Virus record (IMG/VR): IMGVR_UViG_3300043184_000020
Reading direction: 5' to 3' (one strand)
DNA length: 64,000 nt
Source: a virus
Shown here: in pieces, positions 15,829-24,463 of the stretch
How the letters are laid out: each line of letters starts with the position of its first letter
Position numbering within the stretch: position 1 is the first letter of the stretch
Position numbers and translations under genes: made by a program
Notes under the pieces: generated by a model
Told to the model about the DNA's origin: nothing
The model's database searches: none
The model's input: the letters and a program-made list of their open reading frames with translations, nothing else

Positions 15829-16021
15829 GTATTAAAAGTTAGGCCGATCTCCCACGGTAGGAGTTATCGCGCTCGGCTATCACACACGATAGAAGCTACC
15901 CTCGAGCCTCTAAACAGAGAGCAGTATCGGATCACTGACTAAGATCGCCTGGTCTACGTACCAAGTCCGCCGAGCAACCTCGATTTACGTGATGCCGCTA
16001 AGTCACGGATACCCGTCGGTA

Positions 16022-16714
16022 TCAAGCTTGAGAAGTAGATTCTGGGGAAGCTTCAGCTTGCTTCGCAGCCTCTTCTGCTTCCTTAGCCTTAGCAGCGGCT
16101 TCCGCAGCAGCTTTAGCTTGGAGTTCTGCCTTGAGTCGGTTGTGCTGTTTGATCAGCTCGCCAACTACAGAAGTCTTGTAAGGAGTACGAACTTCGTGGA
16201 TGTGAAGATAAAACTTAGCTTTGCGGCTCTTAAGATGCTCAGGGTAGTTCTCAGGGAATTGAACCGTGACCTCGATCTCTTCACCAGCCTTACGACCGAT
16301 GAGAGCGTCTTCAAAGCCAGCGATCATCTTGCCCGTTCCGAGTCCGTTCAGGATGAACAGCTCGCTGTTACCACCGTCGAACAGGGCTGGAACTCCAGGA
16401 GCAAGCTCTTCCATGGAGCCGTCTTCCTTGAGCAGCACACCAGCGTAGTCCATCAGGACGTTGTCGCCAGCTTTGGAAGCTTCAGTGGTAGCTACGGAAG
16501 CTTCCCACTCTTGGATCTGACCAAGATTCTGAGTGACTTCTTGTTGAAGTCGAGAATGACCTTGAAGCAAGCTCATGATCATCTGACCTTGACGTTGAAG
16601 GATCGACTCGTGCTTCTGAGCGATCGTGGCGTTCTCTTGCATCACCTGCCCTTTGGTGGGCTGGGGAGCTTGTCGAAAACCTTTGCGGAACTGACTGACG
16701 TTATCGTTGGACAT
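16022..16714 (-). CDS. trigger-factor-like FKBP-type PPIase domain protein
   Basis: GDNVLMDYAG...GKMIAGFEDALIGRKAGEEIEVTVQFPENYPEHLKSRKAKFYLHIHEV parallels the E. coli Tig PPIase domain (RVTIDFTG...[49 protein letters not shown]); AAGGAG RBS. Confidence 0.75.
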   Translation of the reverse strand: MSNDNVSQFRKGFRQAPQPTKGQVMQENATIAQKHESILQRQGQMIMSLLQGHSRLQQEVTQNLGQIQEWEASVATTEASKAGDNVLMDYAGVLLKEDGSMEELAPGVPALFDGGNSELFILNGLGTGKMIAGFEDALIGRKAGEEIEVTVQFPENYPEHLKSRKAKFYLHIHEVRTPYKTSVVGELIKQHNRLKAELQAKAAAEAAAKAKEAEEAAKQAEASPESTSQA

Positions 16715-16741
16715 GTATAGTTCTCCTTTTAGAGTTACAGT

Positions 16742-17275
16742 TTAGCTGATGAAGGTTAGATCGTCAAGAGGGATCTTCATCATCCCCCCTCTTCGTGAGT
16801 GAACCGCAGACACCATACCGTGTACGTCGGTCTTATCAGGGTCCGGCACGTAGACTTCGTCATCGATGACGGCGTACTTACGAGCCTCGCCACGGATGTT
16901 CTCTGTGATCTGAATCTTGGCCTTCTTAGGCTCAGCAATCTTTTGAGGTTTGGGAGCTTCCGGGATGGAGGTAGGCTGTGAGGCTTGAGGAGTAGGAGCT
17001 TCAGACTTAGGCAAGGTAGAGCGCTTCATGGCAGCTGCAGCTACAAGCTTTAGGGTCTGAACTTCATCTGAACTAAAGGTTTCAGGGGTCGAACTATAAG
17101 AGTTTTCGCCCATAGCCAGCTTCTGGGCTATGTCACACAAGCGTTGTGTCACTTCTTGTGTCACATCTTCTGGGAGCTTGGCGGTCTTTGGAAAGTTGAT
17201 CTGAACACTCTGGTAAGCTTTCTTCAAAGCCACCTCGCGCTCTAGCTGCTTGATCTTAGATTCTAAATCGCTCAC
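16742..17275 (-). CDS. hypothetical protein (coiled-coil N-terminus, Pro-rich linker; possible scaffold)
   Basis: Track ORF starts at 17491 with no RBS; GGAGG lies 5 nt before GTG 17275; the upstream 216 nt use atypical codons. Confidence 0.45.
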   Translation of the reverse strand: MSDLESKIKQLEREVALKKAYQSVQINFPKTAKLPEDVTQEVTQRLCDIAQKLAMGENSYSSTPETFSSDEVQTLKLVAAAAMKRSTLPKSEAPTPQASQPTSIPEAPKPQKIAEPKKAKIQITENIRGEARKYAVIDDEVYVPDPDKTDVHGMVSAVHSRRGGMMKIPLDDLTFIS

Positions 17276-17520
17276 GAGACCTCCGATTAAGTGTACGGGC
17301 AGGGCGCTACTCCTACTCCAGTCGTTAACTGGGGGCATTAACGCCTGACTTACGCCCGACGTTGCACCGCGTGTCTCCAGTAGCTTAGGTCGCCCATCAT
17401 GAACCGATTGCATGACATTCACGACTACGGTCCCATTCAGCACCAAGGCAATCTCGGATGCGCCACTACAGCTTTCCACGCCGCCGTACATTATGAGGTT
17501 AGCAATTTAGATGATTAAGG

Positions 17521-18357
17521 TCAAGCTTTTTTCTTAGGCTTGTGGACGTGCAGCTGACAGCGGCATCGCGGGTGAGTCGGTCCTACCGTAGGCAACCAGT
17601 CTCGCTTCTTCTTTCCGAAGTTAGAGCCGTTTGCTTGGAGTTCCGATAACTTATAGAGCTTGGGCGTACCGTCAGCGTTGGTGTAGAACCTTCTGCACCA
17701 TTGACATAGACGAGCATCGCTGATAACAGTCTTGTAGACGAGTTGGTCCTTGGGAGCTTCCCCGGTGAACAAGCTGTCTGAGGTGGCGTTGTCTAGGATG
17801 GCGTCGTTTACGACGTGCGTTAGCGTGGTGGTGAACCCTCGTTCGAACTGACTGGCTACGGAAGCCATGATGATAGGAATATAGTTTAGAAGTTCTTGCT
17901 TCTCGGCTTGGAGACGTTCTTGAACTTGTTCGGGAGACGTCACACGGTTAACGGCGACGACCTGTCGGTGCTTGCGGTTGGCGTCTACCAGCTTCTGTCT
18001 GAGCTGCTTCTTAAGCTCTTCTCTGCTGGTCTCTATGACGTCCGTGAAGGCCGCCTTAGCGGTGTCGAGAGTGCCTTGCTGAGCATCGTTCAGGATAGGA
18101 AGTGTTCGAAGTCTGGCTTGGTCTAGTAAGCTTGAGATGGAAGAGTTCTTAGGGTACCCGTTGTCTGGTCGGTTCCTGAGAAGCACGTAAAGGAGTTCTA
18201 TGACAGCTCTCTGGCCCAGTATGAGACCTAGTTGTTCTACCTTGATCTTGTCCTCGTCAGACATCAAAGCGTCACCGACGAGCGCAAACAAGAGCCCTAA
18301 GTAGGCCTTGTCTACGATCTCGTCGATGTTCTTGTAGAGCCGTCTATCAGCGAGCAT
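17521..18357 (-). CDS. MuF/SPP1 gp7-like head morphogenesis protein
   Basis: C-terminal THPRCRCQL (H-x-x-CRC motif of PF04233); position just after the portal gene. Confidence 0.7.
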   Translation of the reverse strand: MLADRRLYKNIDEIVDKAYLGLLFALVGDALMSDEDKIKVEQLGLILGQRAVIELLYVLLRNRPDNGYPKNSSISSLLDQARLRTLPILNDAQQGTLDTAKAAFTDVIETSREELKKQLRQKLVDANRKHRQVVAVNRVTSPEQVQERLQAEKQELLNYIPIIMASVASQFERGFTTTLTHVVNDAILDNATSDSLFTGEAPKDQLVYKTVISDARLCQWCRRFYTNADGTPKLYKLSELQANGSNFGKKKRDWLPTVGPTHPRCRCQLHVHKPKKKA

Positions 18358-18565
18358 GGCGTTCGATCTCCTGCCTTATCTCGCTCTCGATCTGTTCAAG
18401 CGTAGCGGCGTGCATCTTTAGAAGGTCGTCGTGAAGCTTGTTCAACCATTCGTCGGAGTACTTCTCTCCGTCCGTACAGTCGTGCTTAGCTTTGAGCGCC
18501 TTCTCTAGAAACTCGTCAGCATCTTCCGGATGCTCGTGCGGTAAGAGTTCAATCTTGACCTTCAC
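18347..18565 (-). CDS. hypothetical protein
   Basis: 72-aa acidic ORF between the portal and MuF-like genes. Confidence 0.45.
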   Translation of the reverse strand: MKVKIELLPHEHPEDADEFLEKALKAKHDCTDGEKYSDEWLNKLHDDLLKMHAATLEQIESEIRQEIERHAR

Positions 18566-18568
18566 GAC

Positions 18569-20359
18569 TTAATCTTCCTTGATGAAGTATTCGATAGCTA
18601 CCGCTTGCGATTTCTTTGTTTCTTCTTTGGAGCTTGCTTCGGCAGCTTTACTGTCGGCTTCAAGCTCTTTTGACACTTCGTCAACCGCTGTACTAATCGC
18701 TTGATCGAGAGAGTCAACGTCTTCACCAAGTGAGCCGTCAACATCTTGACCTTCTGAATTATCTTGTCCATCTGGACCCCCTTCTGGTCCACCGTCCATC
18801 ATCTGCTGCTCAGCTTGTTCCTGAGCTTGCTTCTGCGCCAAGTACTGAGTGTACGTAGCGTTTAGCACGATGTCCCCGTTATCGATAGGCGGATACCCCA
18901 TCTCGATCCGCACTTCGTTCAGCGTCTTATACGTCTGAACTTCTTCCTTCAAGCGATCGAGTTCTTGTTTTCTCGATTCCGCCTGAAACCCTACGAACTT
19001 AAACTTGTACTTAGCCGCATACTCTTTGTTCCAGTAGCGGATGATATGATTGTTGAGCAGGTTCTCGATCATGTCGAGAAGAGGTCTGAGACCTTTGTCG
19101 CGAGACTGCTTTAGTCGCTGCTCGTTGTTAGCTTCTTGGAGCGTACTGGTGCCCGTCTTAGAGATGTCAAAGTTGATCTCCGCCGGATCGATCTGAAACA
19201 CCGCGCAGCAGATCTTGATGAGGTAGTTCATCCACTGCTCAAACTCCATCTCCTTATTGGTCTGAGCAAGCGAGACCCACTTAACCTCTTCAGCCATACC
19301 GATGATCGGTGGGCGGAAAGCGTTACGAGAGTTTACGACCTGGTTGAACCACTGACGCTTGAAGGCCTCGAGCTGAGAACGGCTGATGTTGTCGCCCTTG
19401 ATGTGAAGGATACCTTTGGTACCGATACCTTGCGTGAAGAAGTTTCTGTTGTGAGCTTCCGCGTAGAGGTGTGCGGTGATGATGTTGATCAGGAACTCAA
19501 GCTCACCCGGCGCGTAACCGTTATCCTCAGGATCAATAGTCGGAGTTGCGGGTTCGAAGATCAGTTCGTCTTCGGTGAAAGCAGCAACGACCTTTCCTCG
19601 AAGGATCTGGACGTATCTGAAAGGCTTCTTAGCGTCGAAACGCTTCTTGGTACGACGACGCTCCGCATCGTTTCGCATGATCTCATCGTTCTGCTTTTGA
19701 TTACGCTGAGAAACGTAACGGATGGTGCCGGAAGATATCGGATAGTAGTGGTGAAGCTTCTCGCCGTCGCGAGTAGGCACAAGCTCCACGCCCATGTAGT
19801 TGTAGGTCAAACGATCTTCTACGATGGCGGTAACGAACTTGTCGAAGTCCCATCGGCGTTCTGTGGTGTCAGTCTCGTCAGGAGCCATACCGCAGTGAGA
19901 GATGAACTCGCAGATCTCCATGATCTCTTTTCTCTGAGCTTCTTTGAGCTTCGAGAGCTTCTGGTCCATCTCGTACTTGAGGTCAGCGTAGGTCTTCTCG
20001 TCCAGGTTAGGGTCCGCGAGCTTAAGCTTATCTTCAGGAGATAGGTCAGCTGGCTCCACGGCTTCGATGACCCAACCCTCAGAGTAGCGGTCTTTCTGAG
20101 GTTTAGTAAAGGTTTTTACTTGAGCAAGACGCGTGTTGATGATAGATCTTATGATGGAATCCTTACGGGCCATGCTCTTGAGCACGTTAGGTCCGATCAA
20201 CCCGGCCTTCTCCTTCCAACCGTACTGCTCGTCGTCAGGGTACGACAGGTCCACGAAACCTTTACGTTCCGCACCCTCTGCCGTGGTGGTCTTAGCCTTC
20301 GTGATGTAGGTGTCCAGCGCCGCGTTAGTCGCGTCTAGAACTTTTTGGAATATGCTCAT
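18569..20359 (-). CDS. portal protein
   Basis: 596 aa, immediately downstream of TerL, acidic C-terminal tail; assigned by size and synteny, not by motif. Confidence 0.7.
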   Translation of the reverse strand: MSIFQKVLDATNAALDTYITKAKTTTAEGAERKGFVDLSYPDDEQYGWKEKAGLIGPNVLKSMARKDSIIRSIINTRLAQVKTFTKPQKDRYSEGWVIEAVEPADLSPEDKLKLADPNLDEKTYADLKYEMDQKLSKLKEAQRKEIMEICEFISHCGMAPDETDTTERRWDFDKFVTAIVEDRLTYNYMGVELVPTRDGEKLHHYYPISSGTIRYVSQRNQKQNDEIMRNDAERRRTKKRFDAKKPFRYVQILRGKVVAAFTEDELIFEPATPTIDPEDNGYAPGELEFLINIITAHLYAEAHNRNFFTQGIGTKGILHIKGDNISRSQLEAFKRQWFNQVVNSRNAFRPPIIGMAEEVKWVSLAQTNKEMEFEQWMNYLIKICCAVFQIDPAEINFDISKTGTSTLQEANNEQRLKQSRDKGLRPLLDMIENLLNNHIIRYWNKEYAAKYKFKFVGFQAESRKQELDRLKEEVQTYKTLNEVRIEMGYPPIDNGDIVLNATYTQYLAQKQAQEQAEQQMMDGGPEGGPDGQDNSEGQDVDGSLGEDVDSLDQAISTAVDEVSKELEADSKAAEASSKEETKKSQAVAIEYFIKED

Positions 20360-20373
20360 AGAACCTCACTCAT

Positions 20374-20402
20374 ATAATACCAGGGAAGTAGGGATATGTC
20401 CA
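20374..20402 (-). promoter_or_regulatory. promoter, TGGACA-N17 with extended -10 TGgTATTAT
   Basis: Minus-strand reading of the terL-portal gap. Confidence 0.5.
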
Positions 20403-20404
20403 GC

Positions 20405-22183
20405 TCAGAAAGTGAACCAGAAATCTCCATCCTCGTCTTCCTTCTCTTTTTGTTCCTGCTCTTTACGACCGTCGTAAAACTGCGTTAAACCTTGGATGTC
20501 CGCGATGTCTTGGGCTGTGGGAGTCCCGATGTAGTTACCTAACGCGTCCTTGTTGCTTGCTGACCCGTCGTCCTCATCGTCACGGCTGTACCCGATGTAG
20601 ACCGGAGATGTCTTATCAAATTGGTAAACTACTCCTGCTATGACGATAGCGTAGTCGTCATGACTGTTCGCCGCAGCTGCGATCTGAACCTTGTTTGATA
20701 TGGCGCTTCGCCTCTCCCGAAGATCCTTAAGATGCTGAACGGCGATAGGGTTATGCACCATGAGGAAGCTCTTCGTGTTGAGCGCTACCTGCAGCGAGTA
20801 CATCATCTTGATCTTGGAGGAGTTGTGAAGCGTGTACTCCTTGAGCACGATACCTTCTTTGGCGAACAGAGGTTTGAGCGCTCCGAAGGCGTATTGATCG
20901 GCGAGACAGAACGGCACCTGATACTTCTTAAGGATGTGGCAGATCTCGGGAACGACCTCTGCGGGGTCAAGCTCTGCTCCGTCGCTTCCTCTCCAGTGTA
21001 CTAGGACGTCGCAGTACACCTTCTCGAGCTTGTCCTTGGAGTTAGGGTCCATGACGTACTCTTTGTGCCCCACCGCGAGAGTCCAGTAGTCGTTTCGAGT
21101 AGCGTAGTCGATCATGGCTACGTAGCGGTAACCTTTCTGGTAGTCCAGCTCTTCGGTTCCTCGGATGATTCCAAGCTCGATGAGGTTCGGGTCCAAGTAG
21201 GAAGCTTCAGAAGCCGTGTACTCAGCTCCGTACTCTCGGTTGAAGTAGTTCATCCCCTTCTTCTTCTGCTTCTCAAGGTAGCTTACGGCAAGCTTAGGGT
21301 TAGCGTACCAGGAGGGAACTTGTAGGTGTAATACGTCTTTGTCGGTGCGGCCTAGGTAGTCGTTGAACTGAAGCCCGGCTTGTCCGTTCGGAGACGAGAT
21401 CTTAAGCACGAGCGCCATACCCTCGATCTGTTGAAACTGCGAGAGGGCCGGGGCTAGAGCTTCGTAGATACCTTTGTCGGTGTTCTTCGTGTCGTTACCC
21501 TCAACTCCGAAGAAGCAGTTCTCGTCCAGGATCGCGAAAGGTACGGCCATACCTCGGATCTTTGAGACGTCAGCAGCCATGACCTTGATCACGACCTTGT
21601 TGTTGAGCTTGATCTGTCCACCCTTGATGGAGCCTGGGTTCTTGAGGTCTTCCTCAGAGTACTCGGCCTGGATGTTGTCGATCTTACCGTCGAGGAACTT
21701 ATCGAATATCCAAGGAGATTTCAGGCAGAAGTTCTTGATCGCAGCGAACACCTCACCGGCCTGTTCTTTCGTGGCCGAGATGATCGGAATGGTTGCGTGA
21801 GGAGAAGTACCAAGGTAGGGTATATAGTCAAACTGGGTGGCGTAATACAAGGCGAGCCCCGCTCCGATGGTCGTAGACTTACCCGAGCGTCGACCAAAGC
21901 ACAGCGAGGCGTCGGAGTAGTGCTGCATCGCGTAGCTCTCCTTGCCGGAGAAGTGCAGGAACATCTCGATCTCGTTCTTGAAAACGTAGGTCTCCCCATC
22001 TTCCGCAGTGTACGCGAACGGAGATTCCTGATAGACGTGAGACTTCGGGATAGGTGCGAAAGCGTCCAGCGGCTCACAGCGGATGGCCTTCAGCGTAACC
22101 TTCTGAACAGGAGAAAGGTTCGTGACGTCTAGGATGGTCTCGAAGAAGTCGATGATGGGAAGTTGGTGAAGCTTGGTGCTCAC
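20405..22183 (-). CDS. terL: terminase large subunit
   Basis: Walker A GRRSGKST, Walker B AILDE, C-terminal nuclease-type acidic residues; 592 aa. Confidence 0.9.
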   Translation of the reverse strand: MSTKLHQLPIIDFFETILDVTNLSPVQKVTLKAIRCEPLDAFAPIPKSHVYQESPFAYTAEDGETYVFKNEIEMFLHFSGKESYAMQHYSDASLCFGRRSGKSTTIGAGLALYYATQFDYIPYLGTSPHATIPIISATKEQAGEVFAAIKNFCLKSPWIFDKFLDGKIDNIQAEYSEEDLKNPGSIKGGQIKLNNKVVIKVMAADVSKIRGMAVPFAILDENCFFGVEGNDTKNTDKGIYEALAPALSQFQQIEGMALVLKISSPNGQAGLQFNDYLGRTDKDVLHLQVPSWYANPKLAVSYLEKQKKKGMNYFNREYGAEYTASEASYLDPNLIELGIIRGTEELDYQKGYRYVAMIDYATRNDYWTLAVGHKEYVMDPNSKDKLEKVYCDVLVHWRGSDGAELDPAEVVPEICHILKKYQVPFCLADQYAFGALKPLFAKEGIVLKEYTLHNSSKIKMMYSLQVALNTKSFLMVHNPIAVQHLKDLRERRSAISNKVQIAAAANSHDDYAIVIAGVVYQFDKTSPVYIGYSRDDEDDGSASNKDALGNYIGTPTAQDIADIQGLTQFYDGRKEQEQKEKEDEDGDFWFTF

Positions 22184-22785
22184 TTAGTCTCCGAGTTCTT
22201 CGCGTGCTGCGCAGCGATGAGTGCCATGGCTTCCTGGACGGTGATGTGCTTGCCAGCCTTCTTCATCTCGAGCGCTAGTCGAACAGCATCGTCCATGTCG
22301 ACCTTCTGGATATGAACCACTTCCTTACGCTCAACGCCGTCGGTCTTGATCGACTGATCGGTCTTTACGAGCTTCTCAAGCATCGCGGTGTACTTGTTCA
22401 GCGAGTCGGCCATGGCCATAGCGGTCAGGTCAGGAGCCTTCTCAGAACCGATGTCCCGCATCAACTTGGCTAGGTTCATGCCTTGGATCTTGAGCAGGAG
22501 TTTCAGGTTTCCTTCAGCTACGGCCTTAGTGGTGGAGTCTTCGCGAAGTAGGTGTCTGATGGAGTCGCGGTACTTGCTCATGAGGTCTAGCTCACGATCA
22601 CGCTCCTCCTTCCAGCCCTTCTCTCTGGCCCAACGGTACAACGTAGCTTCGACCATCCCGTACTCTCTTGCGAGCTGTGGGATGCCTTTTCCTCGTATGT
22701 ACTCTTCTCTCACGGCCTCTAGGTTAGGCGGGCTATCTTCCCTCTCCTGCTCGGCTTGCGAGGGTTGTGTGTTTTCTTCGGACAT
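22180..22785 (-). CDS. terS: terminase small subunit (HTH)
   Basis: HTH IPQLAREYGMVEATLYRWAREKGW; 4-nt overlap with terL. Confidence 0.6.
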   Translation of the reverse strand: MSEENTQPSQAEQEREDSPPNLEAVREEYIRGKGIPQLAREYGMVEATLYRWAREKGWKEERDRELDLMSKYRDSIRHLLREDSTTKAVAEGNLKLLLKIQGMNLAKLMRDIGSEKAPDLTAMAMADSLNKYTAMLEKLVKTDQSIKTDGVERKEVVHIQKVDMDDAVRLALEMKKAGKHITVQEAMALIAAQHAKNSETK

Positions 22786-23311
22786 CTGGCAACCTCTTGA
22801 TAACTTTCAAGTGGGTATGCAGCTTCTCTTTGTAGACCGTTCTCAGGCTTGGAGTAAAGCTGTGGAACCGTGTATACCATACCCGACCGTTCCTGGCATC
22901 TATCATAGCATACTTCTGCTTAAGATCTGATAGGTACCTAGCAGTTTCTTCGATCGCGTACCGTTTGTCGGTTAGTAGACGACCTAAGTCAAGTTTTAGG
23001 TGACGAATAGTCTTATGGTTGAACTGCGAGATCCCGTAGTCGTGAGACTCCCAGTTGACCGCCTTGTAGTTGAAGTTAGACTCCTGCTTCACTATCGCGA
23101 TGATGACCCACCACTCGACGTTGTGCTGCTTAGCGGCGCTCTCTACGTGGTAGGCGAGCTTGTCAGCGTAGGCCTGATCAAGACTTGGGGTCAGCTTTAG
23201 GATCGCTTGCTTGATCTCCTGGTTCACCTTCGGCTTTGTCTGCTTCGCCTGACCGACCTGGGTCGGCGTCCAAAGAAACATCAAGGTCGCGAGCATTGCT
23301 AGGTATCTCAT
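22733..23311 (-). CDS. lytic transglycosylase (SLT domain) with signal peptide
   Basis: IVKQESNFN...YGISQFN SLT motifs; start set to ATG 23311 after GGAG. Confidence 0.75.
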   Translation of the reverse strand: MRYLAMLATLMFLWTPTQVGQAKQTKPKVNQEIKQAILKLTPSLDQAYADKLAYHVESAAKQHNVEWWVIIAIVKQESNFNYKAVNWESHDYGISQFNHKTIRHLKLDLGRLLTDKRYAIEETARYLSDLKQKYAMIDARNGRVWYTRFHSFTPSLRTVYKEKLHTHLKVIKRLPDVRRKHTTLASRAGEGR

Positions 23312-23660
23312 GTGATTTCTCCACACCTTTCTTGTATCGTCTCAACTCCACCGTGATCTCGTAGCCAGACAGGTATTCCCGAAGGAATTCGGTTACCCGA
23401 GTGACCAGTTTGTCGCGGTTAGAGAAGAGCAGAGTTAAAGTCGGGAAGTATAGCACCACCAGTACCCTCCGAGCGTCTGGATTGCGAGGTAGGAAGTACT
23501 CTACATACCTGACCTTCGGAAAGGCTACGTACAGGTTTGCCACGATCGCGTTGTGCGCGAAGGAGGTGACTACGCCGTACTTGCGTAGCCATGCATCACC
23601 TGCGGCGATGACAGCTTCGAGTTCGGTTGGACCTGGTTTAGACTTTCCGTCGTTCATCAC
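23178..23660 (-). CDS. hypothetical protein
   Basis: GTG 23660 or ATG 23657 start; disordered acidic tail overlaps the SLT gene by about 134 nt in another frame. Confidence 0.4.
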   Translation of the reverse strand: MMNDGKSKPGPTELEAVIAAGDAWLRKYGVVTSFAHNAIVANLYVAFPKVRYVEYFLPRNPDARRVLVVLYFPTLTLLFSNRDKLVTRVTEFLREYLSGYEITVELRRYKKGVEKSHEIPSNARDLDVSLDADPGRSGEADKAEGEPGDQASDPKADPKS

Positions 23661-23665
23661 CTACT

Positions 23666-23694
23666 AAGGTAGCAGGTTTTACCTTACCGGTCAA
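23666..23694 (-). promoter_or_regulatory. promoter, TTGACC-N17-TACCTT
   Basis: -10 hexamer ends 5 nt before GTG 23660 and 8 nt before ATG 23657. Confidence 0.4.
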
Positions 23695-23857
23695 GAAAGA
23701 ATGTACTTAATGATATCAGGTACTTAGAGTGGTCGGTTGACGTCCGGGGGTTCCTCTCCTACCCGGTCCTCATGCTTACGCGAACACCATCCGCTTCTTT
23801 ACGCGGACACGCCAACCTAGGTCGGCACCTTCGGAGGCGCGACCTTACTTGAGTATA

Positions 23858-24463
23858 TCACTTGTCTACGTGTTCAAGCCATGCAGTACCCAACGCGATA
23901 GCATCCACTTCGTCCGCGTCGGTGTCGTTCTCCCATACGTTGAAGGTCTTCTTGAAGCGCACGTTTACCCAACGCTGCGCAAGTACTTTCCAGTCGATCA
24001 GAGGGGACTTCTCAGAGGCTTTCTTTCGTCGATTCTTGAGGCGCAAGTTGGCGTTCACCTCTTTGTCAGTATCAGACAGCTTGAGACCAAGCATACCTCT
24101 CCAACCTTTGCGACCGTTAGAGTCGATGTACTGCCAGGTCTTAACGAGATCAGGACGAACCATCATCACGTAGTCTAGTACGAAGAAGTGTAGAGCGTCA
24201 AGACCTTTCTGCGAAATCCTTCCGATGCCACGGTTAACTTCTTCGCATACGATGATCTCGGGAGCAAGCTCAACGACGAGGTCTCTTACCTGAGAAGCGA
24301 CCGACTTCATCTTAGCAAGTACGGCCTCAGGGTATTTAAGCTTGTGAACTCCGGGCACCTTAGGTTTGATAACACCATGCTTGATGGGCTTCTTAGTCTT
24401 TCGGTCGAACACCGCGAAGCCTGTAGACGACGTGCTAAGGTCTAAGGCCAGCATCGTGGTCAT
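23858..24463 (-). CDS. RuvC-like Holliday junction resolvase
   Basis: LALDLSTSSTGFAVF (Asp1), IIVCEEVN (Glu), DEVDAIALG (C-terminal Asp pair). Confidence 0.8.
   Translation of the reverse strand: MTTMLALDLSTSSTGFAVFDRKTKKPIKHGVIKPKVPGVHKLKYPEAVLAKMKSVASQVRDLVVELAPEIIVCEEVNRGIGRISQKGLDALHFFVLDYVMMVRPDLVKTWQYIDSNGRKGWRGMLGLKLSDTDKEVNANLRLKNRRKKASEKSPLIDWKVLAQRWVNVRFKKTFNVWENDTDADEVDAIALGTAWLEHVDK

Noticed and set aside
15989-16720. 243-aa + strand ORF
   Set aside because: It is a mirror frame of the trigger-factor-like gene, with low-complexity Ser/Leu-rich translation.
19136-20044. 302-aa + strand ORF
   Set aside because: It is a shadow of the portal gene, with no RBS and Leu/Arg/Val-rich composition.
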